From: Lytechinus pictus
Taxonomy: Eukaryota
Direction: 5' to 3'
Length of the DNA stretch: 64,000 nucleotides
Assembly (NCBI RefSeq): GCF_037042905.1
Contig: NC_087245.1
Span: forward strand, 6,264,001 to 6,328,000
Positions 13,252-26,629 of this stretch are shown here, piece by piece. A model generated the notes under the pieces. That model made no database searches, was not told where the DNA came from, and worked only from the letters and a program-made list of their open reading frames with translations. Positions within the stretch are counted from its first letter, which is position 1, and every line of letters starts with the position of its first letter. The translations under genes were made by a program, and so were the position numbers.

Positions 13252-13840
13252 AGGACAAGTCCACCCCAACAAAAAGTTGATTTGAATAAAAAGAGAAAAA
13301 TCCAACAAACATAACACTGACAATTTCATCAAAATCGGAGGTAAAATAAGAAATTTATGATAATTTCGAGTTTTGCTTAAATTCACAATATTCACATCCT
13401 GGTCAGTTTGCAAATGAGGGGACTGATGACATCACTCACTATTTCTTTTGTATTTTATTATGTGAAAAATGAAATATTCTAATTTCTCCATGTTGTCCTG
13501 TGAAACAAAGTTTTATTTCTCCCTGAACATGAGGTATTACCATTGTTTTAACATTTCATGGTTCAGTCAAGTTGGTCCTTATTGTCAAATCTGTAAAAAT
13601 TGAAATATTGTATAATTCAAACAATAAAAACCCCAAAAAATAGTGAGGGACATTGTCGAATCTTTGATTTGAATGTCACTGAGTTGTGCATATAACGGTT
13701 TTGTGAAAAATAAGCGAAACTTTAAATTGTCGTAACTTTCTTTTTTTTACATCAGATTTTGATGACATTTTCAGCTCTATGTTTGTTTGAATTTTCTCTA
13801 TTGATTAAACTTAGCATTTTTTCTGGGGTGGACTTGACCT
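13252..13840. mobile_element. Kolobok-like MITE family A
   Basis: TTAA-AGGACAAGTCCACC ... GGTGGACTTGACCT-TAA. Confidence 0.9.
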
Positions 13841-14359
13841 TAAGTGATAATTACTTTATATTCCTAAATAAGCATTGGAAAGTTACTGGAACATGCACAA
13901 TTAAACAGTGGCATGCATAAACAGCATAATTTTTAATGCTTACTTGTGTACATGTAGATTTTAAGTGAAATGTCCAGTGGCCTTGACCAAAAAGAACCCC
14001 TTTCACTACCAGTGGAAGTTTAAAGCAATTATAATGCCATCTAATGAATGCTGGTACATGTGCATATAGGTCCTACATGTTCTTACAATGAAACTGTTAC
14101 ATGTATTAAATGCAGTGTTAATCATGCCTTCAATAATGAATCTTGTTCATTCTTTAACTATTTTGTCAAGAGATATGTGTTAGAACAAAATTGAAGAGGA
14201 GATTCTTTACCATGCCTCTATTGAACTATACATGTATCTAAATCCCTCAATTTTGAAGGATGGTTTATTTTTTTGTTACTTACATGTACATGTAGGTATA
14301 AAAGATGAAAGTATGAAACTGGTATCATTGAAAAGCTTGATTATTCCTCTTTGATTATA

Positions 14360-14465
14360 ATAATAATAATAATACCAACAATGATAACAATAATAATAAT
14401 AATAGCCATTTATATAGCGCCATCTATCTAGAAATATTCTATTCTGAGGTGCGTTGTTATTATTA
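14360..14465 (-). repeat. L2/SINE-type 3' tail with (ATT)n
   Basis: Minus strand GGCGCTATATAAATGGCTATTATTATT tail motif. Confidence 0.5.
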
Positions 14466-14679
14466 TTTAATTAATTATTTACAATGAAGTGCCATCTGCT
14501 GTGATTATGACATTATGGAATGTGCAGTTTCCCTGAATAGGGAAAGTCAGAAGTGGAATGTTCCAAAATGCAATGTTTTCTAACCAGAGTCTCCATTTCT
14601 ATAGAATTTTGATCATGAAGGCAGGTGATGTTGAATGTTCTGCTTGTAGTGAAGGCTTTCATAAAATTATCAGTATTAA

Positions 14680-15281
14680 AGGGATGCGCCAGGCAGAAAA
14701 TATTTCTATCTAAATAGATAGAGCAAAATTCACAGAGCAAAATGCTGTAAATTTTATCAAAATCTGAAAACAAATAACAAAGTTATTGAATTTTAAAGAT
14801 TTGCATTATTCCGGTGAAACAGTTCTAGGCATGTCATCATGAATATTCATTTGGTGGGCTGATGATATCATATCCCCACTTGTTCTTTTGTATTTTATTA
14901 TATGAAATTAGGTTTATTCCAAATTCTTCTACCAAGAACTAAAACAATTGGATTTATAACTGAAAGTGCATTAGTTCTTTATTGCTGCAACTTAATTCAT
15001 CATAACGGAGACACATCATTTACACATGTATGAAAAAATGAAACATTAATGATTTCAAGTAATAACATGAGAAAAAAGAAAGTGGGAATGTGACATCATC
15101 AGCTCGCCTAATGAATTTTCATGACAATATGCATATAACTGTTTTCACAAAATATTTATAAACTTTAAAATTCAATAACTTTGCTATTTGTTATCTGATT
15201 TTGATGAAATTTTCAGCATTTTGCTCTGTGAATTTTACTCTAATTATTTAGTTATAAATATTTTCAGCCCGGACCATCTCT
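14680..15281. mobile_element. Kolobok-like MITE family B, related to family A
   Basis: TTAA both sides; termini AGGGATG / CATCTCT; internal similarity to 33307-33896 and ~5090-5555. Confidence 0.85.
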
Positions 15282-16084
15282 TTAATGAGACTAACATCTC
15301 ATCTTTTTTTTTAAATTCAACATCCTAAAAACTGTTTGAAATGACAAGGTTCAAAATTATTCCAAACACATTCAATCCATTGCGCCAATGAGAATTCACA
15401 ATGTGGGATTTTCAGGCATCAATGCATCAACATCGTTCAAACTTGGTCCACCCTCGAAACAATGGGAAATTCGCTATTGGAAAGAACAAATTTTGCAACA
15501 TTTCACTTTTGACATTGCTGCACATTTATCATGTCTGTGCATTCAATGATAATATTTATAGCATTACAATTGACACATGACTGTAAGGAGGAATATTCAT
15601 GCTTTCAAATGATACCACTTTTACAACATGATGATGGCACACTAAGAATATCATCAATGCTCAAACTTGAGTTGCAGAACTGTTTTTGAGGGGTTTATAT
15701 AGTACCTGTGCTTTTGCTACAGTGAAATAATCATGCACGGTGGATCAATTTCATTTTATAGTAGAAATGGTTAATATTTTAAATGTATGGTCTCTATAGA
15801 TAGCAAGGTAATTTTGCTTTAAATCCCTAAATTTCTTTTAGTTGGTTTGTCATTTTGAGTTCTGGAAAAAAAATTGTATGTGTAAATATGACAAATTAAT
15901 TATTTTTTATTTGTGTTTCATCATAATATTATGAACAGTATTTGCTAATTAATTTTTTGCCATGAATCTACCAATGACGAATGCTGAAAGTGAAAAGTGA
16001 AATTGACAAATCGATAGAAAGATTATCAGCTATTTAATGATACTATGGAATTTTCAAGCATTTTCGAAATTATAATTATGTCCA

Positions 16085-16341
16085 TATCAAGCACTGTTAC
16101 TATGTGCATACTCAACTGCGCTTTAATACGTGGTATCATATTATTACCCCGGCCGTAGCAGAGCCGCCATATCGGCACTGACGTGTCAAGGAATAAATCC
16201 TACCGGGTACCCATTCACCTCACCTGGGTCGAGTGCAGCAGTGTGGATAAATTTCTTGCTGAAGGAAACCACCATGGCAAGGATTCGAATCCACGACCCT
16301 GTTTTAAAGGTGAGTCACAGCCACTAGACCACGACGCGCCC
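16085..16341 (-). mobile_element. tRNA-derived SINE
   Basis: A box TGGTCTAGTGG, B box GGATTCGAATCC, body ACCCAGGTGAGGTGAATGGGTACC; similar copies at ~25.0 and ~50.0 kb. Confidence 0.85.
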
Positions 16342-17419
16342 ACATTTACCAGCTGATTATTTGGTTCAGAAACAGTCTACTTGTAATTTGTGAGCCACGA
16401 AACTGAGATTTTAATAAGTGATCAATTAAGATTCGAAACAGTTCGGATATGTACACAATCAAGTCAAATTACTTGCATTATTACTTTTTTCTTTTATTAT
16501 TTACATTGCAATGAATCTATTAAAATTATATTTGTTGATGGATCCATGTTACACTTGTTTCGCCAAATTAACTGTTGCCAGGTTCAGTTGTTTAGTTTTA
16601 AGTCATATGTTTCTTTTTATGTTCTTATACTGACCTGGATGGAGGTAAAGGTGTATGGGAAGGAAGACCTGTGGGTCATGGTAATTTGCTAAACTTTTCC
16701 TAACCCAGGCAGCCCCTTCATCTCTATTCCAGGTCCGTTGTATTATGTCATGTATATCCCATTGTTTATGTAATTTGTATTGTATTTTTATAATTCATGT
16801 ATTTTGAAATGCCTAATCAATAATAATAATAAGAATAATCAGTTGGAATTCTATGACATCAATAATGATTTATAGTTGTTGTGATGACGTGCAGCTGCCT
16901 ATATTTAGACAGTTATTTTCTTGTTTTCCACAACATCACAGAATTAGAATTCTAATAAACTTGTATGTTTTCAATGGGAACCTCCGGGTAAACCATATTA
17001 ATTTTCAAATCACCCTTTTTTGGGGTACCGTACGGTTCATATGTCAGCAAAAACTATTACCTGAATGCTTAACATTTATGCTGCATCAAATAAGTGGCAA
17101 AAAAAGGCCCTACAATCTGCTGGTTATCGATAAAAATGCACCTATACACATGTAGTTGTTTTGGCTTCTGATACTTCCTATTTGTGTTAACAGCCATACT
17201 GTGAACAATACATGTACCCCAATAAAACGACCTTTTTAATAGCAGAAACAGCTAATTCACCCTTCAACCTAATTACTCAGCACCATTTATGAAAGTTACT
17301 GGTATCTCTTTAAACAACGAATATAAAGTACAAGACTACAAGTACACATAATCAATGCCTAAAGTGTGTAAATTAAAAAAAAAATGTTTCTTCAGAACTC
17401 ACAAAATGACGAATATATT

Positions 17420-17925
17420 ACACTTCAAAGGGATCTTGTTCATCAGCCTTTTGCGAGAACAAATATCACTCTGACCTCCTTTCACATATCCTGCATTAAG
17501 GAATGGAACAGTTTGCCAACTGATATAAAAAATAAAAAAAACAATACACCCTGTACAACCTTTTCCATATTCAAAAGGTTATCCAAAACTTACTTTCTTG
17601 AAAGGTTATGATTATTTTCCTTCAATATGTATTTTTCTTTGTGGGTGTGTGTGTTTGTAAATAGTTTCCAACTTTCCATTCTAGTTTAGCATCTTGACCT
17701 GATATAAACTTATTTTTTTCTTTGGTATTCTGTAGGTTAGTATCTATATTTTGTGTTATTAATCATATAAAATATACCAGGCCCCCTCTCACAAGCCTTG
17801 CTTTTAAAGGGGTCCTAAAACCAATTCGTCTATGCTATAACCTAATTGATGTGCTTATGTACTCATATGCATTGTATACATTTTTTTTATTTTAATGAGA
17901 TGTTATTTTGGTTTTAAATAAATAA
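17420..17925 (+). mobile_element. 5'-truncated CR1/L2-group LINE 3' end
   Basis: ORF2 C-terminal signature SF...IKEWNSLPTDIK...FKRLSKTYFL; 3' stem-loop ~17779-17816; AATAAA tail. Confidence 0.75.
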
Positions 17926-20900
17926 GCTCGAACTAATACTGCTCATTGAGATTTACATGTACACTTTTTTAAGCATTTCACAGAAAGAAATTGCTTCAAC
18001 AAATGGCCAGTACATCCAAACTTGATAGAGTTACATAAAAAACTTTCTATAGACCAAATTACAATATAATTATAATTTTAAATGTCAGCAATAATTTATC
18101 ATGGAAATTTATTTTAATGTTTAATAATCATTTATGTAACAGTCATTAATTATAATAACTAAGATCAATGTGAATTCAATGTCTTTTTCCAAAGAAATTT
18201 CAATGTTTATACTTAAGGTGACTTCACCTCACAAAGGCATTTTTTTTTTCTAAAGAATCTCATTACACTTCGGAACTCTTCAAGTTTTATAGTAATTAGT
18301 ACATTAGCACTTCCCTGAGTATCTTTGGGTGGTGACACACATAATGTACCTGTACACCGAAATTGGGCTGAAGCCAGCTTTAAACCTCCCTTATTTTGAA
18401 AGCTGGACTGATGCCGGCTTGGACAGTCTACCTTTTGATATGGTTTGAAGGCGGCCGCTGGCGGCGTCAGTTCTGCGATTGGAATGTGTATCACCCCCCC
18501 CCAGTGGACTATAAAGGCATACCAAAAATAGTTCTTTTTTTATAAAGCACACGAACAAAGTAAAATGTTGATATTAAAAGTCCGGGGACTTGTGTCACAT
18601 GAATAGGCAACATGACACTTATCAGGGGGATGATGATCTCGAGGCGTCTTCAGTCCACTTTCGGCATATGTGTATCACCGCCCAAAGGCCACTTCAAAGG
18701 CAGCCTCGGAAGTGGCTTCAAACTCAACACATGTGTGTATATCCAACTATTAAACAAATTGAATCATTTAATAGAAGACTTTATACAAAAGAAGATTTCA
18801 TGGTCCATGATCATTGTTTGTATCCATGTTCATCACCTGTCTGTCCAGTCCAGTATTCTTGAACATTCCAACAACAATTACCCCCCCCCAAAAAAAAAAA
18901 AAAAAAAAAAAAAAAAATAGAAATTGGACCCTCATCCTGATATAAGAGTAAACATATTATAGTTGCTAACTTCAGAATAAAATGTTGAAAACATGAATAT
19001 ATAAAGGTTAAAAAAGTAAGAGTCGAGTCAGAATATACAAGCTTGCTATTAAGTGGTTTGTAATCCATTCTAAGCACCATTTTAGTATCACAGCAAAGTA
19101 TCCATATCAAAGCTAAATTATAGCACTTTCAATACATTGGGAAGTAAGCTACATGTACATGTACATGTATTTACATTTGAAAAAATAAAAAGGAGCATTT
19201 CACAACTGAATACAGTAAAATATCCCCTTTCCAATAAACAAGAGCATATCTTTGCATTTATATACATGTACAGTAATGCAATAGATTACTATCACAAGTG
19301 TACATAAGGGCTCCAAATTTTTGCCCTTTCTCTTTTATATGGATGTCTGACTTTGCTCCAATATTACATTGTGTGTCTGCTAGTAAAAACACCTCTATAG
19401 CTCCCCAACGGACATGGCTTAAAACAAAGTGTAATGAACTAAACAAATTTCACTGTTGAATAATTCAATAACATTCACAGGTACTCCAGAGCAAGATGTC
19501 ATTATTTTTTATATCAAGTGCTTGCTCACATAGCAGGCAGCAGCATACATCATTGAGCAGATAGCATGATAGATAAATCAGATGATGAATAAAAAACAAA
19601 GTTACAAGATGAAGACAGAGACAGCTGGTCTTTGTGTATATCTCAAGCCAAACTTCAAGTATGAATGATATTAAATAGTAATTTAGACTTCAACACCAGT
19701 ATGCAGAGGATCAGAGTGAAATGCACTCCATCTGTATGTAAAACTTCACCTTTATTGACATTTGAGTATTCATTGCTTTGTCAACAAATTTTACACTCAT
19801 ATGTGTAATGAAAAAAATGTCTGTTACGGGCTAGAAGCACATATATTTCTCTAAAAATAAATCATAGTCATGTAATTACCAGACAGATTTAAGAGTGAAT
19901 TAATGTGTACCAAAGTACAAATTAGTCTTCTTTGATAAACTTTTGATACCATGTTATCATCTGTTGAGGTTGAAACCTAGACCAATGAGAAATGATTCAA
20001 TCACATCCTTCATCTCCATATGATATTAGAATCAAAAATTATATTTTTAATGGTTTAATCAATATTCAATAGTAAAAACAACAGAAGTTCCACTGAAGAA
20101 AATGCTTGCCTGCAGATTTCTGCAAAGTAAGTTAGCAAAAGGGATAAAACACACATTTAGTTTACACACTGCAAAATTTCTATGGACACAATTATTAAAT
20201 GACTTTGAAGATTGCTCCAAGTAACCAAGGAAGTTCCAAACGGTTTCAAAATTCAAATCAGTCGAAATATTCTCTTTGGATGCTCTCCATCTCATTTCCA
20301 AGTATATCACTCAATTTTTTAAAGATAACGAGTAAACAGCTTTTCCATGTTGAATTCGTGGAAGTGACAAACAAGAAAATCCAAAATGAGAAGACTTGCC
20401 AAGCAATACCCTAAGATGCGCACGCATACAGGTATATGATCAAGACAGGTTGCATAGTAAAGTTTCACCAGTAAGAATCCAGCAGTCTAAGATTACAATC
20501 TGACACCAACTCCATGGATAGCAACATCGATATAATGTAATTAGATAATAGCTGATGAGGAAACTAGGTGAGGAAGGCCAATTAAGATGAGAGACCAACA
20601 AACAAGAGCTCTTCAAATCTTATTTATCACCATGGTCGATGTCGCCATACTTGGGCAAGGATGTCTTTAATAAAGGGAATCAGGTCTTCAAGGTATAGAG
20701 CAGAAGTATAATGTTAAAATCCCTCCACATTAGTTCTCAAACTGAAAATACCATCAAGTCTGCCCTTGATCAAAGACAGAATCTTTCTGCCTATTAGACA
20801 TGGAATCAGCAAAGTTTTGCCACCCGCAGCTTTAATTTGAAGCAATACTGAACAACTGAGAAAAAACAATAAATAGAACAGTGAATAATCCAGCAAGCAT

Positions 20901-21612
20901 TATGTTACAAAAAATACTAACACTTCACTATTTCCTCTCTCTCTCTCTCTCTCCCTCTCATGAGACCTACTGAACAACGTCTTCTTTTCCCCCTAAGTAG
21001 CCATGTTCATACCTCCTATCACTATTCATCTTAAACTTACTGTCAGGGGTAGATCTGAACTTCTCTACATGTGGTATTTTGTTTCTGCCGTTATAAAAAA
21101 AAGATCCCACAGTTAAAATTTAATTAGTAAGAATAAACATTTATAAATTTTTACAGGTTATAAAATATTAAATCGCAATCATGGAATGGCAGACCTGTGT
21201 GTTGTGCAGTGAAGCACATAGAAATGAACTCCATGCTCTATTATTAAAGGAGGGACTCCTGGTTTAATATTGTTCTACCATTCATGTTTGTTTTGGTTTA
21301 CAACAGATTATCAAAGTGCATGAGTATAAAGTTTATGCTTCAAGTTTCATTCTAATTTTATGAACTTTTGAAAGGGTAACAAACATTGGCATCTGCAACA
21401 CAGAGAATTCTGTTCATATTTTAATATTTCCCAAATGGATATCACCAAAAAAAGATAATTTCAAAATACGAACATGGCTAAACATGGGTTTTGCTTCATT
21501 AAAGTATTATTTTGTTATTACCAACAGCAAAAGAGAAATTGGAACAGGGCATGCGTGAAAACAACCTATGGGAGAATAATGTAGATTCACACAGAAAAGA
21601 AGAAAAATGCCA

Positions 21613-21656
21613 TCAGCATCTCCATGACTTCATTGCATAGCCGGCCTTGCTTCCCA
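21613..21656 (-). CDS. Candidate alternative terminal exon (VGSKAGYAMKSWRC*)
   Basis: Good acceptor TTATTTTTCTACAG|; phase 1 compatible with the 26372 donor. Confidence 0.3.
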
Positions 21657-22190
21657 CTGTAGAAAAATAACATCTTTAGACCTATTGAAAGTAAGTATTA
21701 AAGAGCACCTTCAAATATCATGAAATACACTTGACTATTTGCAGCTTTCTCACACTAAAAATATTAGTTTTTGGTGGATAAACAGACATAAAAAAAACCA
21801 TAGGAATGAAATTCGAAATGAAGCGTCTTCAATTTTACCTACATGTACATGTTTTCTATAAAACCCCTAAAAAGAAAAAAAAAATAGCTGAAATGTAGCC
21901 TGGAATGAGCTCACATCTTATTTAGATAACAGTGAAACACAATGAGCATTCAGGAGGCATAAACATGTGAAATACGGTTCAAGCAGTGTTCATAAAGAAA
22001 AAACTTTTGAAATCAAATTCACTGTAGTAGAGATACTGAATACAGGTGCACCGATTAAAGGTACTAATAGTCGTTGCCATGTTTTAACATGAATCAAGCT
22101 TTAATAGTGTTTTTCACAGAAGTATTCCCACCTTGTCAAATGAACACTGATTTGTACAGTCTCTACCAAATACATGTAGTATGCAGTTAA

Positions 22191-22798
22191 AGGACAAGTC
22201 CACCCCAACAAAAAGTTGATTTGAATAAAAAAGAGAAAAATCCAACAAACATAACACTGAAAATTTCATCAAAATCGGATGTAAGATAAGAAAGTTATGA
22301 CATTTTAAAGCTTCGCTTAATTTCACAAAACAGTTATCTATATGCACATCCTGGTCGGTATGCAAATGAGGAGACTGATGACGTCATCCACTCACTATTT
22401 CTTTTGTATTGTATTACATGAAATATGAAATATTCTAATTTTCTCCTCATTGTCAAGTGAAACAACGATTAATTCCTCCCTGAACATGTGGAATTAGCAT
22501 TTTTTAATACGGTATGATTTAGTCAACTTGGTCCTTATTGTCAAATCTGTAAAAAATGAAATATTGTAGAATTCAAACCATAAAAAACAAAAGAAATAGT
22601 GAGTGATGGACATCATCGACTGGGTCATTTGCATGACACTGAGTTGTGCAGATCACTGTTTAGTTAAAAATAAGCAAAACTTTAAAATGCCATAACTTTC
22701 TTATTTTACATCCAATTTTGATGAAATTTTCAGCGTTATGCTAATTTGATTTTTCTCTATTTATTCAAATCAACATTTTTCTGAGGTGGACTTGACCT
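22191..22798. mobile_element. Kolobok-like MITE family A
   Basis: TTAA TSD and matching TIRs. Confidence 0.9.
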
Positions 22799-23109
22799 TT
22801 AAGCTCTGGGTTTAGATTGAATCAAGATTTTAATTTCACATCATTTCAATTTAAACAAAAATAATATTCAACAGGAATAAATTTCAATCTTGATAGATAT
22901 CATCTTGTGATCATTGAGCAAGGGGCATTGCAAATGTTTCATGATGTACAGGAAGTGTTTTTCATTGTTCAACTTAAGATCCATCAATGACAAGTACATG
23001 TAGACATTTCACACTTTTAATATAAAGGATTTATACCTCATCAATGAAGAAGGGAATAAAATCAGTCAGGTCAGTAAACCAGTAGATTTATGTGTATTAA
23101 ATTATTATG

Positions 23110-23675
23110 CATAAAAAGAGAAAAATACAACACAGAACATTTCATCAAAATCAGATGTAAAATAACAAAATTATGGCATTTTGAAGTTTCACTTAATTTC
23201 ACAAGAAAAGTTGTATGTACATGTATGTCCCGGTGGGTATGCAAATGAGGGAACTGATGACATCACTCACTCACTTTTTTTTGTATTTTATTATGTGAAA
23301 TATTCTATTTATCTCCTCATTGTCCTGTGAAACAAAGTTTTATTGCTCCCTGAACATGTGGAATTACCATAATTTAACATTTTATGGTTCAGTCAAGTTG
23401 GTCCTTATTGTCAAATATGTAAAAATTCAAATATTGTATGATTCAAATTTCAAACGATAAAAAACATAAGAAATAGTGAGTGAGGGACATCATCGATTCT
23501 CTCATTTGCATGTGACTAAAAATTGTGCATATTATTTTGTAAAAAATAAGCAAAATTTAAAAATGTCATAACTTTCCTATTTCACATCCGATATGACAAA
23601 ATTTTCAGCATTATGCTTAAGTCTGATTTTTCTCTATTGATTCAAATCAACATTTTTCTGAGGTGGACTTGACCT
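23110..23675. mobile_element. Kolobok-like MITE family A, left end truncated
   Basis: Colinear similarity to 22191-22798; right end GGTGGACTTGACCT-TTAA. Confidence 0.85.
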
Positions 23676-24134
23676 TTAAGATCCATTTTGAGTTCTCTCA
23701 ATTCCTTTCCAAACATTTAATAGAAAATGTGCATTACACCACTGTATGTACATGTAGGCTCATCCGATTTAAACGCTATTAATACTGGACCATCAGTTGA
23801 AGGTTTTTCTCACAATTTGATGTCTCAAATGGCATACTCACTTTTTAAAACACCCTTATTTATAATTTACATGCAAAAATTGGTGAGTTCTTTAATACTT
23901 CCTGACTTGTTTTAATTTTCACTCTCTCTCTTTCTTAATAATACAACTGTACTCCCAGTCAGATTTGTATTTGCAATCCTTGCAGTAGTTGGTACATGTA
24001 GGTGGTGACTTTTAAATTTTGAGAAAACAGTTAAACAAAAGTAATTTTCTAATAATGAAGGGTCTATAGACAATACTAATTGTTTGAGACATTAACAACA
24101 TTTTGACATACATCATGATACATGTATATGTTTA

Positions 24135-24627
24135 AGGAGAAGTTCACCCTGACAAGTAGTTTATTGTATAAAAAGAAGAAAAAATAATAAAAATATTAAA
24201 GGATTGAGGAAAATCCATCAAAGATTAAGTTATTAGAAGTATTTTTTTTTTGATATGTGATGTCATATGCATGCAGCTTTCTACATGTATGTATCATAAA
24301 TTTAAAAAAAAATCAATGAAAATTGAAATGTCATTTTCTTAAAAAATGCAAATGTTTTTTATTGTACCTTCAGTATATCAACAGAAAAATCATTTCACAT
24401 CAGCTACTGCAAGAAAAAATTAATTCAGTCATTAAGGACCGTTAAAAAATAGAAATTAATGCATTTTATATTTATATCACATGGGGCACCTGATTTTTCA
24501 AGATGTCACAAATCAAAAACTTGAAATTCTAATAACTTTCTTAATGTTTGATGGATTTTCCTAAAACCTTAACCGATATTTTTTTTCTTGTATTTTGAGA
24601 ATGTTTTTGTCAATGTGAACTTCCCCT
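24135..24627. mobile_element. Kolobok-like MITE family C
   Basis: AGGAGAAGTTCAC / GTGAACTTCCCCT-TTAA; similar to 34904-36070. Confidence 0.8.
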
Positions 24628-24970
24628 TTAAAAAGGAGGATTTTTTTTATTAGACATGCCATGCAATAATCATATTGGAAAATGTGTCAAATGTTGCTTG
24701 CTTCTCCTATACTGATGTTCACAACAGAGGGTGCTCACATATGTTCAAACTCTGTAGATGATCAAGTACTAAACGTGTTTTTGCCAAATGATTGTGCATT
24801 CCAACACAAGAGGGCATTTACTAATTTAGAACAGATAACATATTGATGCATACATTGACAACAAGTTTATTTAATTTTAATATGAAGGTGGTGTTTCTTA
24901 ACCTTGACTTTTGCACCCCATTGCTGTAATGTCAAGGACAGCTAGTAGACCTGGCACTGAATACCTAAAT

Positions 24971-25250
24971 TAATAATAATTTGTATAGCGCAGCTACTAT
25001 AATTGCATTACACTCCACTGCGCTTCATACTTGGTATCATATTATTACCCGGCTGGAGATGAGCCACCGTATAGGCACTAAAGCGTTCAAGGAATAAATC
25101 CTACCGGGTGCCCATTCACCTCACTTCGGTTGAGAGCAGCACAATGTGGGTAAATTTCTTGCTGAAGGAAAACATGCAATGGCTGGGAATCGAACCCACG
25201 TCCCTCTGATCGAAAGACCAGAGTCGTAACCACTACACCACAATGCCCCC
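24971..25250 (-). mobile_element. tRNA-derived SINE
   Basis: A box TGGTGTAGTGG, B box GGTTCGATTCC, shared body with 16085-16341, (ATT)n tail. Confidence 0.85.
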
Positions 25251-26371
25251 AAAATTACCATTTACATAGTTTGGAAAAGGTGATTAATTTGAATAATTTG
25301 TGTTACTTTGCAGAAAACTTGTGATTCTTATTGCAGGGACTGCAGATAACATGACCGATACAGCTACGCCCACAAAGACTTACTAGTTTATAGAGCATTG
25401 AAAAATTAATATCACTGCAGAACAATTTTTCTATAAAATAATACTGAATATCATTTTCAAGTGTTTGTGTTCTGAATAAAATTATTCCAAAACAATTTAT
25501 AATTATGTTCCGAGTGTAATGTATGTACTTTGAACAGTGGAAAAGTGATATCTTATTTCAGAAGCTCAATTGGGATTAGAATAATATGTAAAGGCATACA
25601 GATGGCAAAGAAGAAGGGTTACAAGTGTTTTTTATTCGGTAAGATGGTTTTTAGGAAAACCTGGCATGCCACTTTTTCTTTATTGAAAAAAATATCATAT
25701 TTTGGTCAATTGGTCATAGATAAACCAAACTTTTCAACTCCCTACATGTACCACTTCATATTCAAACATCCCCTTCCCTCCAAATCTTCAAAAGACGCCT
25801 TTAGGCAACACCAGATCCATTGAACAAATTAAACCATAATGACCACTGTCTTATCATGTTCTTTTTTTTTCATTGCTTGTTATGATTTTTTCTCATCATG
25901 CTTTGTCTTTGTGTTTACATATTATTTTCCTTGTTATATACTCATTTAATTTATGATTTTTTTTTTCTATGAAGAGCGTTGTCTTTATTTTTTTTCATTC
26001 ACTGTTTTTATTTCTGTATTTGTTATGTTTATCATGTATGTACATTTTGACAGGGCTCCCTTGTAAAGCAGGCCATTTGGCTTGAATGGGACAACCCTGT
26101 CTTTTAAAGAAACGTGAATAGATAGATAAATAAATATATCTTTGTCTTCCTGTTTGGTGTTAATGCATCCACTATTATTGGCTTTGCATGAAAAATATAT
26201 TTCAACAGCGAATGTAATTGCCATGACTGAAAAGATGGGTGATATTAAGATGAAATTATTTATTGTGTAACCACAACCCACTTCACAGCTCGCAGTGAGA
26301 TAATAATAAAAATAACTGAAATGAAAGGAAAGAATTGCATTAAATCAATCTCTTCAAGAGTTCCTCCTTAC

Positions 26372-26629
26372 CCTTTGGTTTAAGTGGAAGTTTAACTGCA
26401 TGCAGAGTCCTGTTATTCTCATTCCAGCCATATTTCATTGACATTGCTTTTTGATTCTGTTCTGCAGGAGATGTTGGTTGTGTGGAGTGTTGTCGTTGCT
26501 GTGTCAAGGGGTGTGAGGACTGTTTTTCTGGTAGTGGCAACAATGTCTTGTCAGCATCGTCCCCTGATTCAAACCATGCAAAGCTTCCAGAAAGACTGGA
26601 GAGGCTGGACAGCATGGACAAATTGGAAC
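26372..26629 (-). CDS. Coding exon, 258 bp, phase 1-1 (SNLSMLSSLSSLSGSFAWFESG...LPLKPK)
   Basis: Open frame; acceptor TTTTTTCCTTTGCCTAG|, donor AGG|GTAAGG; phases match both neighbours. Confidence 0.8.

Noticed and set aside
16260..16341. tRNA-like sequence (also ~25180-25250)
   Set aside because: A and B boxes continue into a shared SINE body and tail; cloverleaf is degenerate
13216..22365. Similar short ORFs at 13216 and 22114 (ILMK.SVLCLLDFSLF)
   Set aside because: Both are translations of family A MITE arms, not paralogous genes
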